In this document: positions 53,363 to 61,411 of the stretch, piece after piece
Position numbering within the stretch: the first letter of the stretch is position 1
How the letters are laid out: every line of letters begins with the position of its first letter
Virus record (IMG/VR): IMGVR_UViG_3300037484_000235
Location: 32,001 to 96,000 of that record
Source: a virus
Taxonomy: Duplodnaviria; Caudoviricetes
DNA: 64,000 nt
Strand: one strand, 5' to 3'
Program-made: the position numbers and the translations under genes
The notes under the pieces: model-generated
Database searches by the model: none
What the model saw: the letters and a program-made list of their open reading frames with translations, nothing else
Told to the model about the DNA's origin: nothing

Positions 53363-53641
53363 ATGGACCCCAAGAACACCGCCAAGCATGAATCCCAGCA
53401 CGCCAAGCAGATTGCTCTTCGTGAGCTGAAGGCTGCGAAGAACATACTCGGCACGGGCTGGAACCACGTCTCGGATGACGTTCGGTGGGGCCTTCTCTGT
53501 GCTGGCATCCTGGGCGTGATCGTCGGGCAGCATGCCATCGACAATGAAAATGCAACTCCCGGAGAGCTTGCTGCTGTGGCCATCTACGCGCACGAGCTTT
53601 GGAAGGCTGCCTACACCATTCGCGAAAACGGGTGGCGGTGA
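53363..53641 (+). CDS. hypothetical protein
   Basis: ATG after promoter. Confidence 0.7.
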   Translation: MDPKNTAKHESQHAKQIALRELKAAKNILGTGWNHVSDDVRWGLLCAGILGVIVGQHAIDNENATPGELAAVAIYAHELWKAAYTIRENGWR

Positions 53642-54078
53642 TGAGCCGCTTTGGGGAAGTCCGACGGAGTCATTACGCGGACGCTAGCGGGAAGCCCGTG
53701 TGTGCACCTGTCTTAGAGGGTCCCCACGCATGCGTTTCAGACCCGGTGTTGGTGAACTGCGCCCACTGCAAGCGTTGGCTGAAGGGGTACAAGGGTCCGG
53801 GGTGCATTGCAACCGTCGAGTCCGATGAGGGAGTCCCCAGCTACAGCATGCAGCGCATTCGAGTCACCCGTGCGAAGCGCTGTGACCGGAAGGCCACCAA
53901 GAAGATCGGTCACCTGGACCTGTGCACGGTCCACGCGAGAATGGCGCGTGAGGGATTCGTAGACGAGTTGGGCGGGGTGTCCTCGTCCAGTGACATCGCA
54001 AATGCCCGGAAGTACCCCAGGAATTTCCCCGGTGGGTTCAACAACTGGCACACCAAGTACCCGGAAAAGGACGACTGA
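53641..54078 (+). CDS. hypothetical Cys/His-rich protein
   Basis: H..C..CxxC; C..LC.VH. Confidence 0.65.
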   Translation: MSRFGEVRRSHYADASGKPVCAPVLEGPHACVSDPVLVNCAHCKRWLKGYKGPGCIATVESDEGVPSYSMQRIRVTRAKRCDRKATKKIGHLDLCTVHARMAREGFVDELGGVSSSSDIANARKYPRNFPGGFNNWHTKYPEKDD

Positions 54079-54450
54079 ATGGCCAAGACCAAGATCTACA
54101 CCGTCCGCAAGCTGAATCCACAACTTCTGGCACTTGCCGTCGAAGCGTACCGCCTCGCCGTCCAGTACGACCGTAGAAACGAACTCAAGTGGGAGACCCG
54201 TGGTGCCGAACTGCGAAAGGCAGACGAGTTCTCGCGCGTGCGGTGCGCGTGGGAGAACTCGTCTTTCTTGGGTGAGCGGATAGTGGCCAGGGCTTCGGAC
54301 GTGCTCCTGGCCATCGTTCGAGCTGACCGGATCCTGCCGGGACAGAATCCGTTTGATCTCCAGTTCTTCGACAAGAGCAAAGACAGAGACTTCCTGCGTG
54401 CACGCAAGGCTGTCGACGCGACCGTTTTAGCCTTCGGAGGGTTGCGATGA
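54079..54450 (+). CDS. hypothetical protein
   Basis: 123 aa. Confidence 0.65.
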   Translation: MAKTKIYTVRKLNPQLLALAVEAYRLAVQYDRRNELKWETRGAELRKADEFSRVRCAWENSSFLGERIVARASDVLLAIVRADRILPGQNPFDLQFFDKSKDRDFLRARKAVDATVLAFGGLR

Positions 54451-54767
54451 GTGGTTGCCTCTGGTGTGACGATCCTACCGAAGGCCACAAGCTCTGCGAA
54501 CCCTGCCGGGCAGTCAATGAGCACCCCCCGTTTCACTGCCACAAGCCCCAGCATGCCGTGCCAACTCTAGGACCGTCTTGTGCCCAGTGTGACTCGGAGA
54601 AGGCCCGGGAAGAGGCTCGTAGAGAGCGGAACGCACCCATGATAGCTCAGCTTCTCCAGATTCGAGCGGGTCTGATCCAGGACTGGAACAAGCCGTGGCC
54701 CGGGATGAACTTCGCGAAGGGAATGCTTGGTCAAAGCATCGACGCGGTTCTGGCTGAACTGAGTTAG
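54447..54767 (+). CDS. hypothetical Zn-binding protein
   Basis: CxxC..CxxC; C...H..CxxC. Confidence 0.65.
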   Translation: MSGCLWCDDPTEGHKLCEPCRAVNEHPPFHCHKPQHAVPTLGPSCAQCDSEKAREEARRERNAPMIAQLLQIRAGLIQDWNKPWPGMNFAKGMLGQSIDAVLAELS

Positions 54768-54985
54768 GCTTTGACGACGCCTGTTGTGACCATCCACCAA
54801 TGAAACGCAAGAGCCTGACGGGAAGGGAGCAAGACTCTCATTTCCGTCGAGCGCTTGTTGCCTGAGGTGCGAAACGCGAGGACAACAAGCTCTTTTCTGT
54901 TTGGGTCAAAGTTAGTGGTCTCTGTTGGCGTGTCCATGTTCATGGACACGTTACGCTTATCGGCTGGTGGAATCCAGTGCGACAT
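54764..54985 (-). CDS. hypothetical protein
   Basis: 73 aa with AGGTGA RBS. Confidence 0.55.
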   Translation of the reverse strand: MSHWIPPADKRNVSMNMDTPTETTNFDPNRKELVVLAFRTSGNKRSTEMRVLLPSRQALAFHWWMVTTGVVKA

Positions 54986-55138
54986 ATCACCTAGGGTAAC
55001 CTAGGATCTGCCGCAGCGCTAGTGGTGCCTCATCTGTTGTCACGCGTATTGGCCACCACCCATGATACATTTGGATGTTGTGATGAACAACACCCCCTCG
55101 GTGAGGCCCATCGATGCTGGCACCTTCTGGTGTTACGG

Positions 55139-55321
55139 TCAGTCCTCGTCTTCTGGTTCCATCGCCAGGTTTTTCTTCCACCATCCTGGACGCCCATTGT
55201 CTCTGAGCCTGCCACACGCCTCGTCCAACATGCCTACAGAACCGTGCTCCCATTGGCGGACCACCTCTGCGGCGTCTTCCAGAAGGGACTCGTAATTGGC
55301 CTTCAAGTTGTCGCTGGTCAC
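55139..55321 (-). CDS. hypothetical protein
   Basis: 60 aa coupled. Confidence 0.55.
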   Translation of the reverse strand: MTSDNLKANYESLLEDAAEVVRQWEHGSVGMLDEACGRLRDNGRPGWWKKNLAMEPEDED

Positions 55322-55764
55322 GGATCCTCGCTAAGCAAGAGAGATTCCATAGCCTCATCCATAGCCTTATCGAAAGCCATCTCGTAACGCCTGTGGATTA
55401 CTAAGTCCTCAGCATCCATCTCTGCAAGCGTGTCTACACCACCATCCAACAGCGTACCGACAAGAGAGTCTATGGTAGTCTTGATTTCCTCAAGGGTTAA
55501 TGCTGTTTTAACGGTGGACACTGGAGAGCTTGTACCATGTTTTGCTTCCCACTCCAAGACGTATCCCAGACACTTGGGGCAGTTGGGGCGCCTCTTGGTG
55601 AGCCCCCGCTTGAAGTTCGCCCAGATTGTGCAGAGTGTCCACGCACCCCCATCTAGAAGTGAGGGGGGTGGTGAAAACTGACCTTGTATCAGGTGCCAAA
55701 CGTCCCCAACAAGGACGCAGTGGTACCCATCGCTGAAGAGCTTCTTCGGTGGGTCAGTAGCCAT
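55318..55764 (-). CDS. hypothetical protein
   Basis: WH...LC...CPKC. Confidence 0.6.
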   Translation of the reverse strand: MATDPPKKLFSDGYHCVLVGDVWHLIQGQFSPPPSLLDGGAWTLCTIWANFKRGLTKRRPNCPKCLGYVLEWEAKHGTSSPVSTVKTALTLEEIKTTIDSLVGTLLDGGVDTLAEMDAEDLVIHRRYEMAFDKAMDEAMESLLLSEDP

Positions 55765-55936
55765 CTTTGAACCATCCCCCACCCCTGAGAACGAATGACG
55801 GGGCCCCTGAGATCAGGCGGCGCACCTCTCCCTTGCACCCCTTCTTCCGGCACTTCTTCAGCGGGGGGTCTGAGATTTTCTGGTCTGCCTCAAAGGTCTT
55901 TTTGCACTTCGAGCACGCATAATCATAGAGAGGCAC
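55754..55936 (-). CDS. FmdB-family zinc-ribbon protein
   Basis: PLYDYACSKC...FE..Q......C..C...RLIS..SF.L.GGGW..DGY. Confidence 0.8.
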   Translation of the reverse strand: MPLYDYACSKCKKTFEADQKISDPPLKKCRKKGCKGEVRRLISGAPSFVLRGGGWFKDGY

Positions 55937-56216
55937 TAGTTCGCTCCGCCTTATCCACCCACCAGCGAATGTTCTGTTCGGCCTCAACCCTAGAAACACT
56001 CCTAGCACACCACGGCAGTGAGAGCTGGGAGTCTTCCGGAAGGCTCTTGCCCCGAGTGGCATCTACCACCAAAGCGTGAATCCCGTCGTGTGGGTCTTGG
56101 GACCACTCGCTCGGATGATCCTCCGCCCAGTACTCAGCATCCTTTGAGCTTTTCGCGACTACAAAAACCCGATAGTTGATCTCGACTTCGTAGAGCTTGT
56201 GGCCGTTGTCTTCCAT
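55923..56216 (-). CDS. hypothetical protein
   Basis: start MEDNGHK. Confidence 0.6.
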   Translation of the reverse strand: MEDNGHKLYEVEINYRVFVVAKSSKDAEYWAEDHPSEWSQDPHDGIHALVVDATRGKSLPEDSQLSLPWCARSVSRVEAEQNIRWWVDKAERTSASL

Positions 56217-56230
56217 TTGGACCCCAGCTC

Positions 56231-56515
56231 TCAGTTCAGGTTCTCGATGCGAACGGACTCTACCGCTTCCTGAACGCACTTCTCCAGATACTCAATGGCG
56301 CCGATCTCAGGCCAACCGCCTTCAAGAGCACGGTGCATACTTGCAGTGTAGTTCACTCGTCCATCCCACTTTTGACCACGAATCTGGTCCTTCATGTAAG
56401 CAACTAGCTTCTCACGTTCCTCAAAGCCAATGCTCACGTCAAGAAGCTTTCTCTTCTGACCGAGTTTCTGAGTCCTAAGCTTGAGCTTTCCGTCTTCAAT
56501 GTAGGCGTAGAGCAT
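56231..56515 (-). CDS. hypothetical protein
   Basis: 94 aa with GGAGG RBS. Confidence 0.6.
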   Translation of the reverse strand: MLYAYIEDGKLKLRTQKLGQKRKLLDVSIGFEEREKLVAYMKDQIRGQKWDGRVNYTASMHRALEGGWPEIGAIEYLEKCVQEAVESVRIENLN

Positions 56516-56589
56516 GGTGCGTCAACCTCCCATACACTGTGCGGGGTATGCCACCATCATCGCGGGACACGGCCGAAAGTTGCTTTTCA

Positions 56590-57420
56590 TCAGATGGCAA
56601 TTGGGAAGGAAATCGCCGGATGGGGGTCATACCCCACGAGCTTGGAATCGTCGTGCTTCCATAGAAAGATGGAGTTCGACGGCGCTACTGTCTCCAATGT
56701 CGGGAGCTGAAGCGATTCCCTAGAGAGCTGTTCTACAGCCCCCTCCATCTGATTGACGTAGATATGGGTGTCAGCCAGGAAGCCAATGAGCTTCCCCTCT
56801 AAAAGGCCACAGTGTCTCGCGATGAGGTGCAGCAAAAGAGCATACGACGCGATGTTGAACGGTAGGCCAAGCATGGTGTCGACAGATCGCTGAGACCACA
56901 GCAGGTCCAGTTTTCCATTGTTCACCAGAAGCTGGAACGCGAAGTGACATGGTGGTAGGGCCATTGCCGGTATGTCCGTTGGATTCCATGCAGAACAGAT
57001 GAGCCTGCGGTTCTTCGGATCGTCCTGGCAAAGGCGCAGGATGTTTGCAAGCTGGTCAATCCCGTTGAAGCTGCGCCACTGTGCACCATAAATGGGGCCC
57101 AGGTCTGGTTCGTTGCGCATCGCAAGGAAGGACTCCGAAGAGTGACCGTAAGGCACTTTGGCGGGGGAGCACCACTCGTCCCAGATGGTACACTTGCGCT
57201 CCTGATACCATCTCTTGTCTGTGACCCCGTTGATGAAACCCTCAAGCTCAACTTTTACGGATCGGAACGGGACCCTCTTCGTAGTCAACAGGGGGAATCC
57301 GTTCCCCATGTCGTGCTCAAAGAGAACCCCAGACAGCGAGCGGGTGTCAACCCCCGTGCGGTTGGGTTTTAGTTGCCCCTCACGGATGATGCGCCGCACT
57401 ATGGTCTGATAGGAATGCAT
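56590..57420 (-). CDS. thyA: thymidylate synthase
   Basis: FPLLTTK, LGPIYGAQWR, MALPPCH, QRSVD..LGLPFNIASY, DTHIY.N. Confidence 0.95.
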   Translation of the reverse strand: MHSYQTIVRRIIREGQLKPNRTGVDTRSLSGVLFEHDMGNGFPLLTTKRVPFRSVKVELEGFINGVTDKRWYQERKCTIWDEWCSPAKVPYGHSSESFLAMRNEPDLGPIYGAQWRSFNGIDQLANILRLCQDDPKNRRLICSAWNPTDIPAMALPPCHFAFQLLVNNGKLDLLWSQRSVDTMLGLPFNIASYALLLHLIARHCGLLEGKLIGFLADTHIYVNQMEGAVEQLSRESLQLPTLETVAPSNSIFLWKHDDSKLVGYDPHPAISFPIAI

Positions 57421-57439
57421 GATCCTCTGTATTTCTCTC

Positions 57440-57943
57440 TTATAACTTCAAACCCATCGCACGCATCTTGAGGAGTGCCTCAGCATTCCCCCGGGCATCA
57501 TCCAGAGGGTCATGCGTGTGCTTGGTTCCTCGAAGGTGCTTAAAGTTCTGACGGGTGTCATTCACCATCCCCTTGTAGAGGGATCCAAGATTTGTTGAGC
57601 TGAAACCAAATGGGCAGTGCCCCAAGAAGTGGTGAAAGTACCAGCAGACAAATTGCCAGTCAAATCCATTGTTGTCCGAGATGAACATCGGTCGGGGGAT
57701 TGTGGAGAGCCACTGGGAGAATGCCTCCATCCCATCTGTGGCAAATGGGAACTCAAGCGTCTCTTCCCTGGAATGTCCGCTGATGGCTAGTGCCTCGGGA
57801 ATCCACCTTTCGGAGATTGGTCGGAACCGAGCGGCAAAGGTCCGGTTGAGACCAGGCTCCACTACGATGGCCCCAAGGGAAATCATAGAGAAGTCCCCGG
57901 GGATCGGCCCATCGGTTTCCACGTCCACCATAACGTACGTCAT
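57440..57943 (-). CDS. DEDDh 3'-5' exonuclease (RNase T / RNase AS-like)
   Basis: VDVETDGP, DN.GFDW, H.PLDDA. Confidence 0.85.
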   Translation of the reverse strand: MTYVMVDVETDGPIPGDFSMISLGAIVVEPGLNRTFAARFRPISERWIPEALAISGHSREETLEFPFATDGMEAFSQWLSTIPRPMFISDNNGFDWQFVCWYFHHFLGHCPFGFSSTNLGSLYKGMVNDTRQNFKHLRGTKHTHDPLDDARGNAEALLKMRAMGLKL

Positions 57944-58134
57944 GGTGCCACCCACAGGTCGTGTGCCATTGCGTTAGCCCCACAGCGGGAACAGCTTGCA
58001 CTGTCCGAAAGGTCAGTCGATTGGGTAGGTCCATCCCAGACGTGCTCGCATGTACCCTCCGGGCACTTGCACTGGCAAGTTCTTGAAGATGGCCCACAGA
58101 AGAACAATGAAATGGCAGACTCAGTGGTGTTCAC
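57940..58134 (-). CDS. small Cys-rich protein
   Basis: probable GTG start; CEH.WDGP..CSRCG..AM.HD. Confidence 0.55.
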   Translation of the reverse strand: MNTTESAISLFFCGPSSRTCQCKCPEGTCEHVWDGPTQSTDLSDSASCSRCGANAMAHDLWVAP

Positions 58135-58388
58135 TTGCGGCCTTTTTTCTCTGTGATGATAGTGATTGGAACCACCGTCTCGCACTCGATCTCACGGATG
58201 ATCCGACCAAGAGCCCGTCGAAGTTCCTTGGCATCCTCAACAGAGATGTGGGCGACCCCAGTTTTCTCATTGGATGAAGCCAGAATCTTGACCAACCCCT
58301 TACCATTTCCTGAATGGCCGATTTCCGCAATACCCTCTTGCCAGGCAGATACTATCCTCACAGACCACCTCCGCGCTCGGTCCTTCAC
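58131..58388 (-). CDS. hypothetical protein
   Basis: 85 aa coupled. Confidence 0.5.
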   Translation of the reverse strand: MKDRARRWSVRIVSAWQEGIAEIGHSGNGKGLVKILASSNEKTGVAHISVEDAKELRRALGRIIREIECETVVPITIITEKKGRK

Positions 58389-59005
58389 TTGGACCCACCT
58401 GTCAGGGAGTCACCTGTGTGGAACAACGGCCAGCGAGATTCCCACCCGTAGTGATTGGACACCACCCGGTAGGCGTCCTTGAAGAGGATCACAAGCTCAG
58501 AGATTCTCGTGTCCATCTGAGGGCCCTCTGCGGCCAAGACGACTTCAAGCGCTGCATCTGAGTAGCCACGGATGGCCTTGAGACCCCATTTTGGTGGAGC
58601 GAGGAACAGGTCGAGGACATTTGATGTCTTGTCGGCGATCTTGATCGCCTGACCCTCGATGCCCATGCTTCGCATCTTGCCGAGCTGGAAGATGTGCTTC
58701 GCTTCCCGGTCTTTCTTGACGTCATCCGGAAGTGTGAGGTCGTGGACCAGCCCCGCTACGTGGACACCGAACTTGGTGTTGATCTGTTCGATTGTGACTC
58801 TGGTGTCCTCTACTGTGTCGTGTAGAAGAGCGGCAATCAATGTGCTCGGGTCATTGAATCCAGCCTGGGAGACCCGACTGGATACATCGAAGCAGTGATT
58901 GACGTATGGGGTCCGAATCTCCCCACCACGGACCTGATCGAGGTGTGCGTTTGTTGCGAACTTCACAGCTTCCATGAGCTGTGGTACTAGGATTTCTGGT
59001 TTCAT
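58385..59005 (-). CDS. HD-domain small alarmone hydrolase (Mesh1/SpoT-hydrolase-like)
   Basis: FA..AH..Q.R, PYVNH, AALLHDTVEDT, IKIADK.SN. Confidence 0.88.
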   Translation of the reverse strand: MKPEILVPQLMEAVKFATNAHLDQVRGGEIRTPYVNHCFDVSSRVSQAGFNDPSTLIAALLHDTVEDTRVTIEQINTKFGVHVAGLVHDLTLPDDVKKDREAKHIFQLGKMRSMGIEGQAIKIADKTSNVLDLFLAPPKWGLKAIRGYSDAALEVVLAAEGPQMDTRISELVILFKDAYRVVSNHYGWESRWPLFHTGDSLTGGSK

Positions 59006-59016
59006 TTTGGAACCAC

Positions 59017-59247
59017 TTACGCCTTTTTGCCGGACTCCAAGTAAATCTCCGCCAGAGTCTTATTGGGCAGGGTGGGGTCTTGGATATCCCGTGCGAGCAT
59101 GTCTAGCTCGGCTGCGAACTTCTTGCGATTGGCACCGCGCATCAGATCCGCTAGGGTACTGACCATCCCTGCGCAACGGTTGCGTTCCGTCCTTTGGGCT
59201 TCTCGAACAAGGTCTTCATCCCGGGGGTCTAGGCGCTTGAGGTTCAT
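59017..59247 (-). CDS. hypothetical protein
   Basis: start MNLKRLD. Confidence 0.6.
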   Translation of the reverse strand: MNLKRLDPRDEDLVREAQRTERNRCAGMVSTLADLMRGANRKKFAAELDMLARDIQDPTLPNKTLAEIYLESGKKA

Positions 59248-59630
59248 CACATTGGCCCGCTCTTTCTGAACTGATCTTCGCAACACCACGTTCCGGTCGC
59301 CCATTCAGTAAGGGGGAGAATTCGCCCCTGACAGAACGGGCAGGGCTTTACGATCCTGAGACCAGAGCTGGCTAGATCCAGAGTGGCCTGCACCTTGGCC
59401 GTCACGAGTCCGTACCACTCTCCGCCAGGTAGAGCGTTGCAAGCGGGGCAGAGGATGTCCCCGTGGTCCAAGTCAATCTTGAAGTCAGGGGCAGGTACAA
59501 TCACCCGACGGAATTCAAATGGGGCACCACCACATTTGGGATGCGAAAGATGTGGGTCGAAGACGCTGAGCCAGTGCCACACCCGATCGAAACCACGTGC
59601 CGCGAATCGCTTCTCTGGTTTGTCGCTCAT
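59247..59630 (-). CDS. hypothetical Zn-ribbon protein
   Basis: CPAC..CPFC..CC. Confidence 0.6.
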   Translation of the reverse strand: MSDKPEKRFAARGFDRVWHWLSVFDPHLSHPKCGGAPFEFRRVIVPAPDFKIDLDHGDILCPACNALPGGEWYGLVTAKVQATLDLASSGLRIVKPCPFCQGRILPLTEWATGTWCCEDQFRKSGPM

Positions 59631-59635
59631 GATAC

Positions 59636-59863
59636 TCAACTCTCTTGAAAGACACCCAGATTGGTCACGGGCTGGCAGGTTGCACTGCATGTCAGGCACC
59701 ACATTCCCTTCCGTACGTAGTCCCCAACCAACATTGCACAAAGATCCTTGGATACACGGTACCTACCCGTGGAAATGTGTCCGATGTGACCGCATTCAAG
59801 AGTCACGCGGATCTCACGGGGAGCTTTCTTTCTGGTTGCCACGCCGCCCCTAACCCTCTTCAT
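59636..59863 (-). CDS. hypothetical protein
   Basis: LECGH..CLTC. Confidence 0.55.
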   Translation of the reverse strand: MKRVRGGVATRKKAPREIRVTLECGHIGHISTGRYRVSKDLCAMLVGDYVRKGMWCLTCSATCQPVTNLGVFQES

Positions 59864-60056
59864 TGGCGAGGAAGCGGACTGCAACCCGCGACACGCGACG
59901 GGTCTCACGAGCGTTGGCCTTCTTGGCATCCGACTTACGCCCCCGCACACAGCAAGAGCAGTTGAGCCCACCGGGTCCGTGCACCGAGTGTGTGTGGCAG
60001 ACACGACGAACACTACTACGGAGAGGGAGATACATTTGCAGTCCTTTCAGTTCCAC
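59850..60056 (-). CDS. hypothetical basic protein
   Basis: CHTH..GG..C.CC. Confidence 0.45.
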   Translation of the reverse strand: MELKGLQMYLPLRSSVRRVCHTHSVHGPGGLNCSCCVRGRKSDAKKANARETRRVSRVAVRFLANEEG

Positions 60057-60337
60057 TCCAGAAGGATCCAGATTCCTCCCTGACGAAGGTCTACGACTCG
60101 CGAGAAGTAGTACAGGTTACCCGATCGAATGACCCAGTCGTGCCCGAAGTCTTCGAGGAACGCTGTATGAAGGTGGATCGGCATGAAGGGGAGAGTGGGG
60201 GACTTGCTTTCATCCGTAAAGAACTGGAGCGTCCAGACTCGGTTTGGGCGTCCGGGAAGAGTCGGCCCACCAGCGAAGGGCACATGTCCTCGCGCAGTTT
60301 CACTCTTGGGCATCCAGACCAGTTCTTGACGGGGCAT
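60047..60337 (-). CDS. hypothetical protein
   Basis: AGAGG RBS immediately after tRNA-like RNA. Confidence 0.6.
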   Translation of the reverse strand: MPRQELVWMPKSETARGHVPFAGGPTLPGRPNRVWTLQFFTDESKSPTLPFMPIHLHTAFLEDFGHDWVIRSGNLYYFSRVVDLRQGGIWILLEWN

Positions 60338-60350
60338 GACGTGTTCCTCT

Positions 60351-60439
60351 TGGTGCCGGGTCAGGGAATTGAACCCTCAGATTTTAACCTGCCCCCAACC
60401 CTTGCGGGCCACCGCCTGGTGCTTCGAGGGGGTACCGAC
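60351..60439 (-). ncRNA. tRNA-like RNA with T-arm, acceptor 3' strand and ACCA but non-canonical 5' half
   Basis: GAGGG-UUCAAUU-CCCUG-ACCCGGC-A-CCA has exact tRNA 49-76 spacing; 5' GUCGG pairs with CCGGC; no 7-nt anticodon loop. Confidence 0.6.
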
Positions 60440-60461
60440 GTTGTGCTCTCTACACCCTAGT

Positions 60462-60491
60462 AACGGCAGGTAGGAGGATCATTACACGGTT
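60462..60491 (-). promoter_or_regulatory. promoter AACCGTGTAA-N16-CGTT driving tRNA-like RNA
   Basis: motif read directly; divergent pair. Confidence 0.8.
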
Positions 60492-60514
60492 CCCAGTCGA
60501 TTTTTCACTCGACG

Positions 60515-60544
60515 AATCGTGTAAAGAACCTTCCACCATACGTT
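60515..60544 (+). promoter_or_regulatory. repeated promoter AATCGTGTAA-N16-CGTT
   Basis: motif read directly. Confidence 0.85.
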
Positions 60545-60562
60545 ACACAGGCGAGGATGCAC

Positions 60563-61348
60563 ATGACCACCAATGCAAAGTCGGTTCTGGTAGCGGGATG
60601 CCTGGCGGAGATGGTTGAGGACGCTGGGGGTTCCCCTCGCTTCATCAGCTTCGCAACCCGCCTTTCGGGGGAAGTCCGTGGCTCGGGGGCCAACCGGATG
60701 CGTCGTGGAGATCACGTCATGGAATACACGCTCCTGACGGGATTTAGCTACATGAACATGGTCCGGAGGTCCGCACGCATGTTGCAAGAAGCCCTGCTCA
60801 GCCCATACTTTGTGGGCGAGGTGGTTGCCCTTCTGGCAGAGACCGTCGATGAACAGACCGGAGAGCCCATCAACGACACCGACGTACTGGACGCCATCTT
60901 TGGTACTGAACGGGGGCGCAAGGGTTTGCTTACGGCCTACAGTGAAACCCTGGCTGAGTCCAACACCTCCAGCAACGACCACGTTTACGAGCCCCTCATG
61001 GTGGATGGGGAGGAAGTCTCTGGGTGCAAGGTCTACACGGGCGAGGGTGACCCCACGGACCCGAAGGCGCCGGTTCCGGGCACCATGTACCTGAAGGGTG
61101 TCGAGATCTCCAGCCGGTGCGTCGAGAAGAGCCCCAATGGGGACAAGATCCTGAGCAAGCGGGGCGCCGTGGCCCTCGCCAAGGACTTCATCGAAGCCCG
61201 TCTCGCTCTTCCTGCAAGCACCTACCGCACGTTCCGCCTGTTGCCTGGAGAGGCCCTGAGCCTCAAGTGCGGTGGGGTCTCTCTCCACGCCGCAGAGGGT
61301 GAAGAGGCGCAGCCGGGGGCTGCTCGGATCGGGACGTTGATCGCCTGA
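60563..61348 (+). CDS. hypothetical protein
   Basis: 261 aa after promoter and RBS. Confidence 0.75.
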   Translation: MTTNAKSVLVAGCLAEMVEDAGGSPRFISFATRLSGEVRGSGANRMRRGDHVMEYTLLTGFSYMNMVRRSARMLQEALLSPYFVGEVVALLAETVDEQTGEPINDTDVLDAIFGTERGRKGLLTAYSETLAESNTSSNDHVYEPLMVDGEEVSGCKVYTGEGDPTDPKAPVPGTMYLKGVEISSRCVEKSPNGDKILSKRGAVALAKDFIEARLALPASTYRTFRLLPGEALSLKCGGVSLHAAEGEEAQPGAARIGTLIA

Positions 61349-61411
61349 CCGCGCATTTTGGTCTATATCTTCGGGTCTACGTCAGGAAATTTCTCCCTGC
61401 ACAGGCCCATC

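Noticed and set aside
60351-60439. Functional tRNA-Cys (GCA) or tmRNA
   Set aside because: GCA sits in a 4-nt GCAA loop, not a 7-nt anticodon loop. It is too short for tmRNA and has no G3.U70 or tag reading frame.
15869-61288. Long shadow ORFs (15869-16453 +, 29895-30575 +, 41712-42593 -, 44811-45734 -, 60482-61288 -)
   Set aside because: They are antisense to better-supported genes, lack RBS or promoter, and are expected in GC-rich DNA.
14470-61360. Late promoter motif (T/C)CTAT upstream of 14459, 40058, 46218 and 61412
   Set aside because: It is only 4-5 bp with variable spacing and cannot be distinguished from chance without a whole-genome motif test.
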